DNA from: Rhizomicrobium sp.
Lineage (GTDB): Bacteria > Pseudomonadota > Alphaproteobacteria > Micropepsales > Micropepsaceae
Length of the DNA: 64,000 bases
Direction: 5' to 3'
Assembly: GCA_035308485.1 (NCBI GenBank)
Contig: DATGGN010000009.1
Coordinates: 6,540 to 70,539, forward strand
A model generated the notes under the pieces. The model was not told the DNA's origin and ran no database searches. It saw only the letters and a program-made list of their open reading frames with translations. This document shows positions 28,283 through 37,717 of this stretch, in pieces. The position numbers and the translations under genes are program-made. Within the stretch, counting starts at the first letter, position 1; each line of letters opens with the position of its first letter.

Positions 28283-28317
28283 ATTCGTCGGGGCGTTTCA
28301 TTCTTGGAGGTACAGAT

Positions 28318-28503
28318 ATGTCGCTGGGACTGATTTTGATTATCGTGCTGATCGTCGTCCTTGCGGGCGGATGGTATGGCGGATGGTACGGACCTCCCGC
28401 TCCCGGAACCGGGCCCGTGTTCTATCGCGGGCCTTATCTCGGCGGCGGACTCGGTCTTGTGCTCATCATCATCGTGATTCTGGTGTTGCTCGGGCGAATC
28501 TGA
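28318..28503 (+). CDS. DUF3309-family small membrane protein
   Basis: MSLGLILII..GGGLGLVLIIIVILVLLGRI. Confidence 0.8.
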   Translation: MSLGLILIIVLIVVLAGGWYGGWYGPPAPGTGPVFYRGPYLGGGLGLVLIIIVILVLLGRI

Positions 28504-28531
28504 CGCGCTGAACGATACAGACTGGAATAGG

Positions 28532-28562
28532 GCCGCTGGCGGGGAACCGCTGGCGGCTTTTT
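28532..28562 (+). terminator. Intrinsic terminator ending the late operon
   Basis: 11-bp stem (2 GU pairs), GGAA loop, TTTTT tail; convergent genes follow. Confidence 0.8.
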
Positions 28563-28795
28563 CATTTTGTACGCCTACCTGGTGGCGCGATGTACGCATT
28601 GTCCAGTCCCAGCGCTCGGCCAAGATAGGACGGATCGACCGCGCTCTCCAGCACGATCTCGACGGCGCGGGGGATGGGCGTGTCGCCTGCGATCCAGCGG
28701 CGGCAATGGCGATCGGTGACGCCGAGTTTCTCCGCCGCCTCACCCTGCGACCAGCCGAACTGCTCCAGTATCTTGCGGTAGCGGGAGGGGGTCAT
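28562..28795 (-). CDS. Small HTH regulator resembling Aca1-type repressors
   Basis: SQGEAAEKLGVTDR..RRW..G..PIPRAVE. Confidence 0.75.
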   Translation of the reverse strand: MTPSRYRKILEQFGWSQGEAAEKLGVTDRHCRRWIAGDTPIPRAVEIVLESAVDPSYLGRALGLDNAYIAPPGRRTK

Positions 28796-28796
28796 G

Positions 28797-29102
28797 TCAT
28801 GTCCATCCCATAGGGCTGCCGGCGTTGGCGAGCAGCGTGATGGCGCGGCGTACATTGGGATCGTCCATGCCGCGCTTGGCCCGGTAGGGACTGCGCGCCG
28901 GCACGTATCGCTTGGCTGATTTGTCATAGTCCATCGCGCCGGGATAGAGCGCGATGAAGCGATTGATGTCGAGGCTCGCCTGAGCCGGCGAGATGCCAAA
29001 TACCGAGATGATATCCTCCCGGCATAGCGTACCGCGTGCAGAGAGGCGCCAGTCGATGTAGTCTTGGCGCCTCTCGGATGCCCAATCGCTGCGGCTCATC
29101 AA
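28797..29102 (-). CDS. Stand-alone winged-helix like the N-domain of CapW-type WYL regulators
   Basis: R..YIDWRL...G.L.REDI...FGIS..QASLD......P....YD.SAKRY; no WYL domain. Confidence 0.65.
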   Translation of the reverse strand: MMSRSDWASERRQDYIDWRLSARGTLCREDIISVFGISPAQASLDINRFIALYPGAMDYDKSAKRYVPARSPYRAKRGMDDPNVRRAITLLANAGSPMGWT

Positions 29103-29287
29103 ATTTCCGTAAGGTCGGAAATATAGGCCGGTGTCCGTACGCCACTATCCCACGCGACCTCAACTCGCCTCGCGTCAATTACGCCGAGAACGCGGCCAGT
29201 GTCGTGGTCCTCGCCAATTCCGCCCTCGACGCGCTTTCCGACCAGAGCGCGGGCAGTCTTGAGATTACGATTCGGGTGATTTGTCAT
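29099..29287 (-). CDS. Small hypothetical beta-rich protein (MTNHPNR N-terminus)
   Basis: SD GGAG; first gene of a coupled 3-gene operon. Confidence 0.65.
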   Translation of the reverse strand: MTNHPNRNLKTARALVGKRVEGGIGEDHDTGRVLGVIDARRVEVAWDSGVRTPAYISDLTEI

Positions 29288-29336
29288 CTGATTTACTCCG
29301 CCCGCTGTTCCCGGCCGAGGCGCACCGTGTGAGACC

Positions 29337-29365
29337 TATATATATTGGCTAGGACATAATGTCCA
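29337..29365 (-). promoter_or_regulatory. Sigma70-type promoter TGGACA-N17-TATATA with palindromic operator GGACAT-A-ATGTCC over the -35
   Basis: Read directly; palindrome at 29352-29364. Confidence 0.65.
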
Positions 29366-29393
29366 GATGGCCGATGCGATTTTTCGTGAAATA

Positions 29394-29579
29394 TTATTGC
29401 GAATTTGCAGATTCCGGCTCCTGCGGCACATGCTCCCTGCAATACCACGCATCCCCAACCTTCACCTTCGCCGGCCAGCCGCACACCTTGCATGGCTCGA
29501 CACCGGCCGATTGGAAGAACCGCTCGGTAATCCGCTTGTCGTCTGCCAGGCGTTTGGCGCGTGAGCCCATGGGGTGCAT
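29394..29579 (-). CDS. Small Zn-finger hypothetical protein
   Basis: CKVC..CREH. Confidence 0.5.
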   Translation of the reverse strand: MHPMGSRAKRLADDKRITERFFQSAGVEPCKVCGWPAKVKVGDAWYCREHVPQEPESANSQ

Positions 29580-29691
29580 GAACGCGCAAAGAACGTCCGC
29601 TCGTCAACTGCACGGATTTTGCACGGATCAGGCTTCCGCTTCTGTTTTCGTTCTTCCTCTTAATTCCGCTTTGTTCTTTTGGGGAAGTGCG

Positions 29692-29716
29692 AAAAAGCCT
29701 TATTTGGCGGGCTTTT
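29692..29716 (-). terminator. Hairpin downstream of tRNA, possibly bidirectional terminator
   Basis: aaaagcc..ggctttt inverted repeat. Confidence 0.45.
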
Positions 29717-29717
29717 C

Positions 29718-29792
29718 TGGTAGCAGCGGAGGGATTTGAACCCCCGACCAAGGGATTATGATTCCCCTGCTCTACCACTGAGCTACGCTGCC
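29718..29792 (-). tRNA. tRNA-Met(CAT), elongator type; likely prophage attachment site
   Basis: 75-nt cloverleaf GGCAGCG..CAT..TTCAAAT..CGCTGCTACCA; G1-U72 paired, no initiator C1 mismatch. Confidence 0.93.
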
Positions 29793-29867
29793 GGCCAAGG
29801 CGGGCGATGTAAGTGGCGGGCCGAAGCCCTGTCAAGCCGCGACCGGCAACGCGCTACGAACGGGGAA

Positions 29868-31310
29868 CTAGCGTTTTCGAACGTGGAGCAGGCGCACCCG
29901 GCCGGTGGTTTCGGTGTCCGTCCAGGCGCCCGCCGGATCAAGCCCCTCAGTCCAGGCAAGCATCTGCGGCTCGCTGCGGTAATGAAGGGACCAGTCGGTA
30001 ATGAACTCCATCGGCCAGAGATTGCTGAGCGGGGTTTCATTCATGTTGCCGACTATCAGGAGTCCGCCCGGAGCCAGGAGTTCGAAAAGCCGGCGGACGA
30101 GGCTGGCAGCACGACGGTCGGTGAGATAATCGAGGAGGCCGACCGAATAGATCAGATCCTGCGGCGGCAGACTTTTCATCTCGCTGTTGCCCCGCAGGAG
30201 ATCGGTGAACGAAATGTGCAGACAGCTCAGCGCCGAACGCCCTTCGCTGCGCACCACATGCGGGTAGGAAGCGCGATAGGCGAAGTCGAGCGCGAGCTGT
30301 TCCTGGTCGATGAGCGTGAACTCGACGCGCGGCGGCGCGGCGCGATTGCGGGACAGCCAGGTCTCCACTTCGCGGGCCGAGCCGCAACCCAGGTTGAGAA
30401 TTCGTGCAGTCCGCCCGCCGGCGGAAGTGACCACATTGGCGATTTCGGAGCGCATCTGCTCCATGCGCGTCTTGATGCATTCCGCCACTTCGAGACCGAC
30501 GCGGTGCAGCAGCATGGCGTATGAATCCGCGCCGACGCGCTCCCAATCGTACACCTGATTCATGATGCCGAAGTCGCCCGGATAGCCGAGCGGTTTCGCA
30601 TAGGAACGATGCCAGATGGCTCCGCCGCAGAGTTCGGGCGTCAGCACCACTTCGGTGAATTCCTTCACGGCATCGCGTCTCTCGCGTTCGCCCATGACGC
30701 TGCGGGCGATCTCGTTGCCCGTGCGCCAGAACACCCGCCATTCCTGTACAATCTGTGACTCGCAGGCCTCGAACACGGCGGCGTGGTCGAAATCGCGCGC
30801 GAACTCCTGCGGCACCGACATGTTGGAATCGATGACCGCGCGATAGCCACGCAGGAAACGCAAAACGTCGGCGCAGAAAACGCGGTATTCTTCGGGAACA
30901 AGTGCCGTGGCTTCCTTGCCGGCCGGAGAGGCCCGCGTCGCGATTTGCGCCTGCAGATTGCGGTTGATCAGCTTCTCGAGGTCGATCGCCTGATCGACGA
31001 AGCTGAATGCGATCTTCGACCCGAAAACGGTTCTTTCCGCCCAGCGGACCCTGGCTTCCGATTCGAAAATCGGCAACCCGGACTGCTGGATCGTCAGGCG
31101 GACCGTGTCGCCGACGTTGAAATCGTCGCTCCGCGCTTCCTTCCCGATTGCTGCAATTCCGCCGATGCTGATGTTCTGGATCTGGTAGGCCGAAGATCCG
31201 ATGCGAAGTTTTGGCGGCAAGTGCGGGAAGAGCGCGCGCGCCTGATAACGCGGCGGCCGGTAGCGAATTTCTCTGCCGCGCGAACCCTGCAACTCTTCAT
31301 AGGCAAGCAT
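29868..31310 (-). CDS. PilZ-like domain + class I SAM methyltransferase (PhcB-like)
   Basis: NISIGG; RSYAKPLGYPGDF; LNLGCGSARE; DLIYSVGLLDYL. Confidence 0.75.
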   Translation of the reverse strand: MLAYEELQGSRGREIRYRPPRYQARALFPHLPPKLRIGSSAYQIQNISIGGIAAIGKEARSDDFNVGDTVRLTIQQSGLPIFESEARVRWAERTVFGSKIAFSFVDQAIDLEKLINRNLQAQIATRASPAGKEATALVPEEYRVFCADVLRFLRGYRAVIDSNMSVPQEFARDFDHAAVFEACESQIVQEWRVFWRTGNEIARSVMGERERRDAVKEFTEVVLTPELCGGAIWHRSYAKPLGYPGDFGIMNQVYDWERVGADSYAMLLHRVGLEVAECIKTRMEQMRSEIANVVTSAGGRTARILNLGCGSAREVETWLSRNRAAPPRVEFTLIDQEQLALDFAYRASYPHVVRSEGRSALSCLHISFTDLLRGNSEMKSLPPQDLIYSVGLLDYLTDRRAASLVRRLFELLAPGGLLIVGNMNETPLSNLWPMEFITDWSLHYRSEPQMLAWTEGLDPAGAWTDTETTGRVRLLHVRKR

Positions 31311-31417
31311 AAACGTCCCCCTCGGAACGGGCGGTCATGCCCTTCCCGTCGACACCTCAACCATTTGCCCCGTTTTGCTCATCCGCCCGGCAACTGTTCA
31401 TAAACCCAGACGGGATT

Positions 31418-31433
31418 GTTAACGCCTTGTTAA
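31418..31433 (-). promoter_or_regulatory. CtrA box TTAA-N7-TTAAC
   Basis: Exact consensus about 110 bp upstream of the methyltransferase start. Confidence 0.75.
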
Positions 31434-31499
31434 TAATATGGCACCCGCTCGAAAGGCAAGAAAAATCGCACGTCCCGCGCGCCTTGCAACGCAGGAAGG

Positions 31500-32432
31500 T
31501 TAATTTTTGGAGGCGATATCCGCGGCCGGGATTTCGTGCGTACGACCGCAGAATTCGCATCGCGCGCGAACGATTCCGTCGGCGTCGGCAAGCTCCTCGC
31601 GTTCCCCGGGAGGATAGGCGCGCAGCACCGAAACGATGCGGCGGGCGTCGCAATCGCAGCGAAATGCAATCGACTCCGCCGGATGGACCCGCACCTCGTC
31701 TTCGTGAAAGAGACGCCACAGGAGCGTTTCCGCCGCGAGCGAAACGTCGACCAATTCCATGTCCTCGAGCGTCGCCACGTAGGATGCAAGGCGCTCCCAA
31801 TCGTCGCTGTCCACGCGGCCGTCCGGTGTGGCCTGCAACATCAGCCCGCCGGCAAGCCATTGCGGACGCGGGTTTCCCGGCTCGAACACAGGCGCGGCGG
31901 CGAGTCGTATCGCGGTCGGCAGCTGCTCGGACTGCGCGAAATACGCTTCCGCCGACGCGGCAATGCTTTCCTGCGCGAGAGACACGATGCCCTGGTAGCG
32001 CCGGCCTCCGGATTTCGGCTCGATCGTAATGGCCACCACGCCCTCGCCGGTCATGCTTTCGAACTTCGGTGGACTCTCTGCGAGCGCCGCGAACCTGCTC
32101 TCGTCCAGACGTGCATAGGAACGGATTCCCGCCGGACGATCCTGTTCGGCGCCGTAATAGTCGGCCGCCACCAGATCAAGCGGGCCTGCGCTCTTCGTCT
32201 GCACGGTCAGCCGCCCGTCAAGTTTCAGCGTCGAGCCGAGAAGCGTGCCCAGAACGCATGTCTCTGCCGCCACGCGCGCCGCCGGCTCGGGAAGCGGGTG
32301 CGCTTCGAGGGCGCGAGTCGATGCCGCATCCAACCGTACAAGCCGGCCGCGCAACCCGGCGTCCGGCAGATCGAAGGGAAGCACGAAATCGGCTGCCGGC
32401 GCGCGACGGTATTCGGGCTCGGCGATGCTCAT
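31500..32432 (-). CDS. hslO: Hsp33 redox-regulated chaperone
   Basis: RGRLVRL, YQGIV, QSEQLPT, CDC..CEFC. Confidence 0.93.
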   Translation of the reverse strand: MSIAEPEYRRAPAADFVLPFDLPDAGLRGRLVRLDAASTRALEAHPLPEPAARVAAETCVLGTLLGSTLKLDGRLTVQTKSAGPLDLVAADYYGAEQDRPAGIRSYARLDESRFAALAESPPKFESMTGEGVVAITIEPKSGGRRYQGIVSLAQESIAASAEAYFAQSEQLPTAIRLAAAPVFEPGNPRPQWLAGGLMLQATPDGRVDSDDWERLASYVATLEDMELVDVSLAAETLLWRLFHEDEVRVHPAESIAFRCDCDARRIVSVLRAYPPGEREELADADGIVRARCEFCGRTHEIPAADIASKN

Positions 32433-33376
32433 GTGAGACACCAGAGGAGAATGGCTTTTTGTACGTGCAATCGATTCTCCGCCTCGTCGAACACCGCCGA
32501 TTGCGGACCGTCGATGACGCCATCCGTGACTTCCTCCCCCCGATGCGCCGGCAGACAGTGCATGAAAATCGCATCGCGCGCCGCGCGCGCCATCAGGGTC
32601 TCGTTGACCTGATACGCACGCAGCAGATGATGGCGTTTGACCGCGTCTTCGTCGCCCATCGAGACCCAGGCATCCGTTACCACGCAGTCGGCATCGGCAA
32701 CCGCGCGCTCGGGGTCGTAACCGAATTCAATTGCGGCGCCTGCTTTCCTCGCCCATTCCTTCACGGTTTCATGAGGCGCGAAATCTCTTGGGGTGGCGAT
32801 CCGGAGACAAAAGCTGAAGCGCGCAGCCGCATGCACCCAGGACGTCAGAACGTTGTTTGCATCGCCGGTCCAGGCGACGGTCTTTCCGGCGACGGGACCT
32901 TTTTTCTCTTCGAAGGTCAGAATATCGGCGAGAACCTGACAGGGATGGGAAAACTTCGTCAGACCGTTGATGACCGGGATCGATGCGTTGTCCGCCAAAT
33001 CCTGTACCATCTCGTGGTCGAGCAGCCGGATCATGACGGCATCGAGATACCGTGACAGTACGCGCGCGGTGTCCGCGATGGTTTCTTCGCGCGCAAGCTG
33101 CAGTTCCGCTCCCGACATCATCATCGTCGTGCCGCCGAGCTGCCGCATGGCGATGTCGAAGGAAATGCGCGTCCGCGTGGAGTGCTTGTCGAAGATCAGC
33201 GCAAGCACCCTGTTCCTGAGCGGGCTGTCCTCATCGGGAGCGCCGCGCGGCAATCCGCCTCGCGCAGCCTTTCTTCTCCGGGCTTCCGCGACGATCGACG
33301 CGAGTGTTGCGGTTTCCAGATCGGCGATGTCGATGAAATGCTTCGGTCGAACGACCGTCTTGGCGTGCGCGTTCAT
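32429..33376 (-). CDS. argF: Ornithine carbamoyltransferase
   Basis: STRTR, HPCQ, SMG and HCLP motifs. Confidence 0.96.
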   Translation of the reverse strand: MNAHAKTVVRPKHFIDIADLETATLASIVAEARRRKAARGGLPRGAPDEDSPLRNRVLALIFDKHSTRTRISFDIAMRQLGGTTMMMSGAELQLAREETIADTARVLSRYLDAVMIRLLDHEMVQDLADNASIPVINGLTKFSHPCQVLADILTFEEKKGPVAGKTVAWTGDANNVLTSWVHAAARFSFCLRIATPRDFAPHETVKEWARKAGAAIEFGYDPERAVADADCVVTDAWVSMGDEDAVKRHHLLRAYQVNETLMARAARDAIFMHCLPAHRGEEVTDGVIDGPQSAVFDEAENRLHVQKAILLWCLT

Positions 33377-34563
33377 GCGGCCTCGTCATTCCGCGCCGGG
33401 TAGTCCCCGGCGGCATCGCTGATGATCAGGAGAGCCTCGCGCACGTGATCCTCGTCGATGATCAGGGGCGGCAGAAGCCGCACCACATTACCGCCCGCCC
33501 CTACGGCGAGAAGATGGCGGGCGCGCAGCTTCTCGACAAACTCGCTGTTCGGGACCTTCATCTTCAACCCCAGCATCAATCCCTGCCCGCGCACATCGTC
33601 GAACACCTCCGGAAATTCGGAAGGAAGAGCCGCAAGCTGCTGGCGGGCGAAATTCGCGACGCGCTGCACATTTTCGAGAAAACCCGGCGCCAGCACGACA
33701 TCGAGCACGGCGTTTCCGACGGCCATGGCCAGCGGATTGCCGCCAAAAGTACTCGCGTGCGAACCGACGGTCATCCCCGACGCCGCATGTTCGGTCGCAA
33801 GGCACGCCCCCATCGGAAACCCGCCGCCGATCCCCTTCGCGGTCGCCATGATGTCGGGCGTCACTTCCGCCCATTCATGGGCAAAGAGCTTTCCCGTTCT
33901 TCCGACGCCCGTCTGGACTTCGTCGAAGATCAACATCAGCCCGTGTTCATCGCAAAGACGCCGCAGCCCCCGCAGAAATTCGGGTTCGGCGGGGCGCAGG
34001 CCGCCCTCGCCCTGTACGGGCTCGATGAGAATGGCGGCCGTTGCGGGCGAAATGGCGGCTTCAACGGCGCCCAGATCGCCAAAAATCACCTGATCAAAGC
34101 CGTCGGTCCTGGGGCCGAAGCCTTCCAGATATTTTGGCTGGCCGCCCGCCGCGATGGCCGCGAGCGTGCGGCCGTGAAACGCGCCCTCGAAGGTGATTGT
34201 ACGAAAACGCGCGCCATTTCCCCTTGCATAGTGAAAGCGCCGCGCCATCTTGATCGCGCACTCGATCGCCTCGACGCCCGAATTGCCGAAAAAAACCGTG
34301 TCGGCGAACGAGGCATCCACAAGACGTCCGGCCAGTCGCTCCTGTCCGGGGATCCGGTACAGATTTGACGTATGCCACAGCCTGGCGGCCTGGTCGGTGA
34401 GCGCAGCGACCAGTTTTGGATGTGCATGTCCGAGCGCATTGACGGCGATTCCGGCTGCGAAATCGAGGTAGCGATCGCCCTTCTCGCTGAACAGGTATGC
34501 GCCCTCACCACGCACGAAGCTGATGTCTTCGCGGGCGTAGGTCGGCAGCACGGGGGAAATCAC
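33373..34563 (-). CDS. argD: Acetylornithine aminotransferase
   Basis: [24 protein letters not shown]; upstream of argF. Confidence 0.95.
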   Translation of the reverse strand: MISPVLPTYAREDISFVRGEGAYLFSEKGDRYLDFAAGIAVNALGHAHPKLVAALTDQAARLWHTSNLYRIPGQERLAGRLVDASFADTVFFGNSGVEAIECAIKMARRFHYARGNGARFRTITFEGAFHGRTLAAIAAGGQPKYLEGFGPRTDGFDQVIFGDLGAVEAAISPATAAILIEPVQGEGGLRPAEPEFLRGLRRLCDEHGLMLIFDEVQTGVGRTGKLFAHEWAEVTPDIMATAKGIGGGFPMGACLATEHAASGMTVGSHASTFGGNPLAMAVGNAVLDVVLAPGFLENVQRVANFARQQLAALPSEFPEVFDDVRGQGLMLGLKMKVPNSEFVEKLRARHLLAVGAGGNVVRLLPPLIIDEDHVREALLIISDAAGDYPARNDEAA

Positions 34564-34935
34564 AACGGCGCTCCTTGCGGTTGGCGAAGTCTTTCGCGGG
34601 ATTGGGCGGGGGGCGCTTTATCGATAGCGTCACGCCGATGGTCAAGCCGAAGGATTTGCCCAAGAGGACCGGCGGCAGAATCGCCCGACACAGCGATCAC
34701 AAAGTTGACACCTACGTCACTTTCCAATTGACGGATGGGGGCATTCTGCCAGTGTCGCGCCGTGACGCCGCTCCAAGCGTTGTCACTGGCCCCGCCCGTA
34801 TCAGGCCCCCCAACCAAAGCGGGCGGGGCTACCATTGTCCCTGGTTCCCGGCAGGAAATTCGAGACCGTCGTCGGCAAATTGTGTCGATACTGACACAGC
34901 GGAAACGCGCCAGGGCGAAACGAAAGCGGGCCGCT

Positions 34936-35151
34936 TCAAGCGTGTCGCAATAGCAGCAGCGCGGCCCATATCTGCACGGCGGCCGCCAGAGCGCCCAACA
35001 GCACCCAAAACCGGTAAAGGAGCGGGTTAGCCTGACGGGTGAGAGTGCGCTGCCATCTCCTTATCGTTCCGCTGCGCAGATGTATCGCCAGCGCTGCGAC
35101 GGCGAACGTCGCGAAGACAAGCAAGAGCGCTCCGAGAAGGAATTTCACCAT
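34936..35151 (-). CDS. Small two-TM membrane protein
   Basis: Two hydrophobic helices, R.ANP..Y motif, SD GAGG. Confidence 0.6.
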   Translation of the reverse strand: MVKFLLGALLLVFATFAVAALAIHLRSGTIRRWQRTLTRQANPLLYRFWVLLGALAAAVQIWAALLLLRHA

Positions 35152-35259
35152 CGCGATCTCGTGCCTCTTCGCACCTTACTACCCCTCGGGTTTGCCAAAT
35201 GCATAGTTCCGTGCTTATCAAGTTGACATATGTCGCGCCAGACGGGCAAGATCGGTGCT

Positions 35260-36543
35260 ATGGGCGGCTTCCGAAGATTCCTTGCGGGTACGATCCGGGC
35301 CAGTTTTTTCCGGTTCGCGGCTTTCGTGGTTCTAGCCGTGCTCGGGATCACTCAAGACAAAATCCTTGCCTTCATTCATGGCGGCCAGCCGGAGTGGGAC
35401 AAGGTGTGGCAAACCCACTTAGCTATTCAGGTGGCCTTTATCGGAGCCGCATTCTTAGTGATGGCCTATGCGTTCTATGCCTATGTCAGCCATCTTTTGA
35501 ATCCACCCAACGAACCGGACATGACGATTAGTGACGCAATCAATTACCTCGCAAATGACTCGATGGTGCAATTACGCCAAAGCGTACCGGAGATCGCCAA
35601 GTTTGGTCCTGCGAAAGGGCAAACAGTTCGTCAAGGTGGTGTTCCACATGTTCACGCTAGGGATATTTTGTCCGAAAAAATCATTACAGGCGAGTTGTCC
35701 GTGTGGGGCCGCAGAGAACTGACGAAGGGAATGGCCTTCAAAACTTTTGAGTCGTATCGGCGACCCATCGACAAAGGATTATGGAACCACGCAACGCTTG
35801 AATGGCACTCTGTATTTTACAACGCCAAGGACGTCTCCCAAACTCATATGCAAGAGGGTCACACGGACTACTGCTACGCCGAATTGGTAGTTAACCGGGA
35901 GCAGTTGGAACGCCTATGGCCCCCGCTTCCAATATGGAAAAGATTTTGGCGGACAGAGCCCCGGTCAGACTACTGGGGCCGTCCGCTGGACAAAAACTAT
36001 CGTCTGGTTACGCCGCCTTCTGAATTTGAGGCTCCATATCCTTACGATTCAGGTCCGCCGCCGACGCTCAGCGGTACAGATACGACCGAATGGTTCGCAC
36101 CATCAGACGCCATTGATAAGTTTGTCGACAAAGACCTTACGAACGGGCGCGATACAGCGATTAAGTGGCTAATAGAAGCGCCAGAGACGAAGCGGTTGGC
36201 CGAAAAGCAACTTCGCGAATTTGAAGCATCGGCGGGACCGGATACACCGGATACACCGGAAATCGCCGCAACCCGCCGCCGACTACAAGTTTCGCAAATG
36301 CAATTGAGAATAGGCGACGACGACCTTCGATTTTACTGGAGGGAGATACGGCGTGACCTACAGGAGAGACTTGCGAAGGGTGAACTAATCGCAAAGGGAT
36401 TTAAGAGCCCACACGTCGCTGACGCATCAGAAATAATTATTCCAGCCGCCGAATGGCGATTTCTTCAGGTCAATCCAAAGGACGCGACAGCAACTGGCGC
36501 CGGCGTTGAGTATGTTGGAATCGCAATTGCGAAGGTACCATAA
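35260..36543 (+). CDS. IS passenger: two N-terminal TM helices + duplicated unknown domain
   Basis: Long ORF with low GC; repeats ..SDAI..GELSVWGR and ..SDAI..GELIAKGF; start uncertain (35230 ATG lies in the TIR). Confidence 0.75.
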   Translation: MGGFRRFLAGTIRASFFRFAAFVVLAVLGITQDKILAFIHGGQPEWDKVWQTHLAIQVAFIGAAFLVMAYAFYAYVSHLLNPPNEPDMTISDAINYLANDSMVQLRQSVPEIAKFGPAKGQTVRQGGVPHVHARDILSEKIITGELSVWGRRELTKGMAFKTFESYRRPIDKGLWNHATLEWHSVFYNAKDVSQTHMQEGHTDYCYAELVVNREQLERLWPPLPIWKRFWRTEPRSDYWGRPLDKNYRLVTPPSEFEAPYPYDSGPPPTLSGTDTTEWFAPSDAIDKFVDKDLTNGRDTAIKWLIEAPETKRLAEKQLREFEASAGPDTPDTPEIAATRRRLQVSQMQLRIGDDDLRFYWREIRRDLQERLAKGELIAKGFKSPHVADASEIIIPAAEWRFLQVNPKDATATGAGVEYVGIAIAKVP

Positions 36544-36545
36544 GA

Positions 36546-36782
36546 ATGTCCGCAGGCAACCACATCAGCTTGGAGGAAGTACGCAAACATCCACATTTGC
36601 TGATGCAGTTTATCAGACAGCGCATTGCTAGCGGACATGGCGTTGGGGACAAAAAGCGCTTTGATATAACGCTGAAATCTATGGTCAAGAGCTCTCCACC
36701 AAGCGCGAAAACATCATCTGCGGACAGTGGCGAATATTGTACAGAAACTCGAACTCGCCAAGGTACTTCGCAAGATGTTTAG
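36546..36782 (+). CDS. Small IS-associated hypothetical protein overlapping the transposase 3' end
   Basis: ISLEEVRK..QF..RFD pattern; follows the passenger gene. Confidence 0.5.
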   Translation: MSAGNHISLEEVRKHPHLLMQFIRQRIASGHGVGDKKRFDITLKSMVKSSPPSAKTSSADSGEYCTETRTRQGTSQDV

Positions 36783-37548
36783 CGGACACATGCACGTGGG
36801 TTCCGCGAATGGAGCGCTTCAACATGCTCCAGAAAGCTTCAAGGCTGTTGGTGTCGTGCGGCCCGTTCACCCATTCGTCCTGCCTGTGGTTGACGCTGCC
36901 GCGTCTGTAGCCAAGGGAGCGAAGGCGCGAATATCCAAGGTGCTCGTCGGTGCTGATGATCGTTCCCTTTTCGACATTGCGAACGATGTGCGCGCCAAGC
37001 GTTTCGCCTCTCGTGTCGGGAACGACTTTCGTCATCACATCGCCGCCACGTTCCAACATTCCGAACACGACCGTCTTGTCATCCTTGTTCCCCCTGCCAA
37101 CGCCGCGCTTGCGACCGCCGACAAAGGTTTCATCGGCTTCGGTATGTCCGCCAAGCCTCGGATTGCCGTCCACAAGGCCCATGTGCTCGCGGATCAGGTG
37201 CGCCATGCGGAAAGCAGTCGGGTAGCTAACGCCAAGCTGGCGCTGAAGCTCTTTGGCCGGAACGCCGTGGCGCGTAGTGGTGAACAGGTAGATCGCATAA
37301 AACCACTTCGCGAGCGGCGTGTGTGTGTCCTGAAAGATCGTGCCCTGCATCGGGTGGACGTGATGTCCACAGTTGCAGGTGTAGGCCGGATGCTTCGCCA
37401 GCTTACGGAACGTGCCGATAACCCCACATTTAGGGCAGGGGAAATCCGCCCCATAGCGAAGCTCGAACAGATGGGCCACGCAGGCGTCATCGGTCGGAAA
37501 CCGCTTGAAAAAGTCGCCTATCGTCAGGGATTTTTGAGCCTTGGCCAT
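36685..37548 (-). CDS. IS1595/ISXO2-like transposase
   Basis: Zn ribbon CPKC..CNC; EADETFVGG, TDE, NH, TNSLEAFW and HL.KYL.EF motifs. Confidence 0.96.
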   Translation of the reverse strand: MAKAQKSLTIGDFFKRFPTDDACVAHLFELRYGADFPCPKCGVIGTFRKLAKHPAYTCNCGHHVHPMQGTIFQDTHTPLAKWFYAIYLFTTTRHGVPAKELQRQLGVSYPTAFRMAHLIREHMGLVDGNPRLGGHTEADETFVGGRKRGVGRGNKDDKTVVFGMLERGGDVMTKVVPDTRGETLGAHIVRNVEKGTIISTDEHLGYSRLRSLGYRRGSVNHRQDEWVNGPHDTNSLEAFWSMLKRSIRGTHVHVSAKHLAKYLGEFEFLYNIRHCPQMMFSRLVESS

Positions 37549-37570
37549 GTCCGTCTCCATCGACAGACCC

Positions 37571-37599
37571 AATATAGGCTAGCCGCGCCCATATGTCAA
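37571..37599 (-). promoter_or_regulatory. Transposase promoter TTGACA-N17-TATATT, with -35 inside the TIR
   Basis: Read directly. Confidence 0.8.
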
Positions 37600-37630
37600 C
37601 TTTATAATCGCGCATAGTTCCGCGCGTATC

Positions 37631-37639
37631 TGTGGACAA
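37631..37639 (-). promoter_or_regulatory. DnaA box (TTGTCCACA, 1 mismatch) upstream of gcrA
   Basis: Near-consensus; DnaA activates gcrA in Caulobacter. Confidence 0.55.
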
Positions 37640-37717
37640 CATTGTGCGGTATGACCGTAGTTGTTGTATTTTCCTCTCTTGCAGATACGATATTTGGTGG
37701 GCGCACAGAGGGAGCCG

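Larger units (their letters stand above)
1..29717. mobile_element. Prophage (siphovirus-like, HK97 head, GTA-like tail tip); left part lies outside the window
   Basis: Continuous head-neck-tail-lysis gene order on + strand, ending at the 3' end of a tRNA-Met; host genes begin after the tRNA. Confidence 0.93.
35210..37612 (-). mobile_element. IS1595-family element with passenger genes (transporter IS), 2403 bp
   Basis: 23-bp TIRs (20/23) at 35210-35232 and 37590-37612; 8-bp TSD CATAGTTC at 35202-35209 and 37613-37620. Confidence 0.92.

Noticed and set aside
1-29717. Gene transfer agent rather than prophage
   Set aside because: Tail tip is GTA-like, but the long tape measure, lysis genes, morons, anti-defence genes and tRNA junction indicate a prophage
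29718-29792. Initiator tRNA-fMet or tRNA-Ile2
   Set aside because: First base pair is formed and the GGC acceptor start fits elongator Met; Ile2 is less likely but not computationally excluded
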